Below are positions 44,912 to 47,114 of a stretch of 47,114 bases of DNA, piece by piece (positions within the stretch are counted from its first letter, which is position 1; every line of letters begins with the position of its first letter). Both the position numbers and the translations under genes were made by a program. The notes beneath the pieces are model-generated. The model was not told where the DNA came from, did not search any database, and worked only from the letters and a program-made list of their open reading frames with translations. Origin of the DNA: Ramlibacter sp. 2FC (GTDB taxonomy: Bacteria > Pseudomonadota > Gammaproteobacteria > Burkholderiales > Burkholderiaceae_C); assembly GCA_943372585.1 (NCBI GenBank), contig CALRZF020000001.1, positions 1-47,114 on the forward strand, read 5' to 3'.

Positions 44912-45805
44912 ATGGAGCTGCGGCAGGTAGAAGCATTTGTCTCGATCGCAACGCTGCGCAACTTTCGCGCGGCGGCCAACCGCTTGCATATCACCCAGCC
45001 GGCGATTTCAATGCGGCTCGCTTCACTGGAAGAAGAACTGGGGGAGCAACTGATTGACCGCAGCGGTGGCAACGTCCAGCTCACGGCAAAAGGCATGCAG
45101 CTCCTGCAGCTTGCAGAGCACCTGCTGGAGACCTCCGCCGAGCTCAAGGTGCGTGCTTCAGGCAAACAGGCCCAGTTGCAAACGATCCGCATTGGCACGA
45201 CCAGCACCATCGTGAACGCCTGGATCGCCCAGCTGTTTACCGAAATGGCGCGCGATTTACCGCACCTGACGGCGGAGCTGATCATCGACACCTCTCCGCG
45301 GCTTCGAAGCCTGCTGGTCAGCGGCGAACTGGACCTGGCGATCATCATGGGCAGCACCCTGTCGGCCGGCGTACGCAACCTGGCGCTGGCGCGCTATCGA
45401 ACCGTATGGATCGCCAGCCGCGCGCTTCGCCTTCCGGCCGCCATGTCGCTCGATGAGCTTGCCGGGCACCGCATCATCACGCACGCCCGCGACTCGGCCA
45501 CCTACGGTTCGGTGGAGGAGGTGTTTCGCAACAGCAATCTCTGGCCCGTGAAATTGAGCTCCACCAGCTCGGTCGAAGCCCTGATCCGGATCGTGAGGGA
45601 GGGGCTGGGTGTGGGCGTCATCAGCGCAGCGTGCGTCAACCACAAGGGCGACATGCGCTCGCTGAAGATCATCGACTGCAAAGCCCGCCTGCCCGAGTAC
45701 GAGTACTTTGCGTCCTATCACATGGATTCGGTCGGCCGTGTCGGAATGCTGGTGGCCAGCATCGCCCAACGTGTGTGCCGGGCCATGGAGGGCGGCGCCG
45801 GCTAA
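44912..45805 (+). CDS. LysR-family transcriptional regulator
   Basis: ATG 44912 (GAGG 6 nt upstream). MELRQVEAFVSIATLRNFRAAANRLHITQPAISMRLASLEEELGEQLIDR is a LysR HTH; the protein is full length. Confidence 0.9.
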   Translation: MELRQVEAFVSIATLRNFRAAANRLHITQPAISMRLASLEEELGEQLIDRSGGNVQLTAKGMQLLQLAEHLLETSAELKVRASGKQAQLQTIRIGTTSTIVNAWIAQLFTEMARDLPHLTAELIIDTSPRLRSLLVSGELDLAIIMGSTLSAGVRNLALARYRTVWIASRALRLPAAMSLDELAGHRIITHARDSATYGSVEEVFRNSNLWPVKLSSTSSVEALIRIVREGLGVGVISAACVNHKGDMRSLKIIDCKARLPEYEYFASYHMDSVGRVGMLVASIAQRVCRAMEGGAG

Positions 45806-45886
45806 TGAAGTCAGGCGAGCTTGCGCAGCGCCGCTCGCCAATTTCGTGGGCGAACTCCGACAACCGTCTGCGCCAGCCAGGCGGTC

Positions 45887-46141
45887 TTAGACAGGCTGCG
45901 TCCGCTGTCGGCCCGCTGCATCAGGCGGCGATGTTTTCGTGGTGCTGGCGATCTCCACCAATTTCTTCCATTTGGCGGACTCTGTTTGGATGAAGTTGGC
46001 GAGGCGATCTTTAGGAAGGTCCATGGCGGCGATCAATTGACCTGATACATAACCAACCTCGTGGTCGCGCTGTGCTTGAGCGACCCATCTCAACGCAATC
46101 GGTATCGGCACGCCGGCGGGGCTCGCTGGCTTGCAAAGCGT
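45887..46141 (-). pseudogene. C-terminal fragment of a Bug-family receptor gene
   Basis: Within track ORF 45887..46189. ..PAGVPIPIALRWV..GYVSGQLIAAMDLPKDRLANFIQTESAKWKKLVEIAS matches only the last about 70 residues of Bug proteins (..PAGTP.., ..F..FI..E.AKW.K..). No N-terminal two-thirds lies upstream. Confidence 0.5.
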
Positions 46142-46305
46142 CCATGAAAACCCCAGACCCAGGGATAAGCTTGGCTTATGCGCGTCCAAGCGCTCTTGGT
46201 GTTGTATCGGCGTGAGCTACGGGTGATGATTCCAGCAGCAGATGAGCAAAGCGCGACAAGGGAATGCGTGCCGCCTTATCCAACTTCACCCCTTCGGAGA
46301 ACCTC

Positions 46306-47114
46306 ATGAAACGCCCTCTTACCGCCGTCGCCGTCTTGACTTTCGGACTTCTTGTGACGGCCAACGCCTTTGCTCAAGAAGCTTACCCGAACGGAGTGGT
46401 TAAGCTGGTGATCCCATTTGCAGCCGGTGGATCGACCGACCTGTTGGCACGCAGCGTTGCAGAGCGACTTGCAGACGTGTGGAAGCAGCCGGTCATTGTG
46501 GAAAACCGGGCTGGTGCCGGGGGCGTCATTGGCTCCGATGCGGTCGCCAAGGCCAAGCCAGACGGGTACACCCTTTTGATGGGAACCAATACTACGCATG
46601 CGGTCGCTCAAACGCTGCATCCGAAGCTGCCCTACAACGTTCAACGCTCGTTCGCGCCGATCGCGGAGCTGGTCACCATTCCTCAACTGCTGTCGGTCAA
46701 TCCTTCAATGCCCATCTACTCGCTGAACGACTTCGTCAGCTACGCCAGAGCCAAGCCGGGCTACATCACACATGGCGGTGGAACTGGGTCGGCCGCTCAC
46801 ATGAGCATGGAGCTGCTGGCTTCGCGGGCGAAGATCAAGGTGTTTCACATCCCTTACAAGGGATCGGGGCCCGCAATGGTCGATCTTTTGGGTGGGACAC
46901 TGTCCGCCAATTTCGACGTCATCATGACCACGTTGCCACATATACAGTCGGGAAAGTTGCGAGTCCTTGCGGTGACAAGTGCGCAAAGATCTCCCTTGGC
47001 GCCGAGCGTGCCTACTGTGGCTGAACTAGGTTATCCAGGGTTTGAGGCCAGCGCATGGTTTGGCTTGTTTGCCCCAGCAGGAACGCCGTCCGCCATCGTC
47101 AACAAAATCAGTGC
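46306..47114 (+). CDS. Bug-family (TctC-like) substrate-binding protein, 3' end outside the window
   Basis: Not in the ORF track because it runs off the edge. ATG 46306 with GGAGAA SD. MKRPLTAVAVLTFGLLVTANAFAQEAYPNGVVKLVIPFAAGGSTDLLARSVAERLADVWKQPVIVENRAGAGGVIGSDAVAKAKPDGYTLLMG. Confidence 0.88.
   Translation, partial: MKRPLTAVAVLTFGLLVTANAFAQEAYPNGVVKLVIPFAAGGSTDLLARSVAERLADVWKQPVIVENRAGAGGVIGSDAVAKAKPDGYTLLMGTNTTHAVAQTLHPKLPYNVQRSFAPIAELVTIPQLLSVNPSMPIYSLNDFVSYARAKPGYITHGGGTGSAAHMSMELLASRAKIKVFHIPYKGSGPAMVDLLGGTLSANFDVIMTTLPHIQSGKLRVLAVTSAQRSPLAPSVPTVAELGYPGFEASAWFGLFAPAGTPSAIVNKIS

Overview
High-G+C betaproteobacterial chromosome window. It looks Comamonadaceae/Burkholderiales-like: Bug/TctC receptors, OmpC-type porins ending in ..RH(N/S)F, and many LysR genes. 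It has two compositionally distinct parts. (A) 1-10279 looks AT-richer by eye (not computed) and appears accessory. It holds a lipoprotein gene that runs off the left edge and is therefore missing from the ORF track. It also holds a divergent XRE / Ner-like regulator pair, with the XRE gene coupled to a membrane protein. The main feature is a compact Tn7-like operon at 3526-9939: tnsA (apparent 1-nt frameshift), DDE tnsB, short TniB-like tnsC, two tandem tniQ genes, and a sixth translationally coupled gene. That sixth gene encodes a tyrosine-recombinase-fold protein that has lost the catalytic His/His/Tyr, making it a TnsF-like target-selector candidate. There is almost no cargo, and neither flank is a known Tn7-family attachment gene. 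Candidate ends begin TGTGGTG (3434) and end CACCACA (10279), with related TGyCGT..CTGAA motifs inside, but no target-site duplication was found. (B) 10281-47114 is ordinary core metabolism. It contains a PotABCD-like ABC operon with an embedded LOG/TIGR00725 gene. It also contains a ~14.6-kb co-directional chain (31382 down to 16734): galM, an IMPase-family gene, a Ugp-like ABC system with two about 80% identical binding-protein paralogs, a GpdQ-like phosphodiesterase, an orphan LIV-type binding protein, dgoD-dgoK-dgoA, a lactonase and a Na/Pi cotransporter. The rest comprises an ArsR-like regulator, ugpBAEC, an SDR, a truncated LysR, two convergent porin paralogs, a Crp/Fnr gene, Bug receptors and an ArgH-like lyase. 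Most long ORFs antisense to these genes are high-GC shadow ORFs. All family assignments come from reading motifs by eye; no searches were run.
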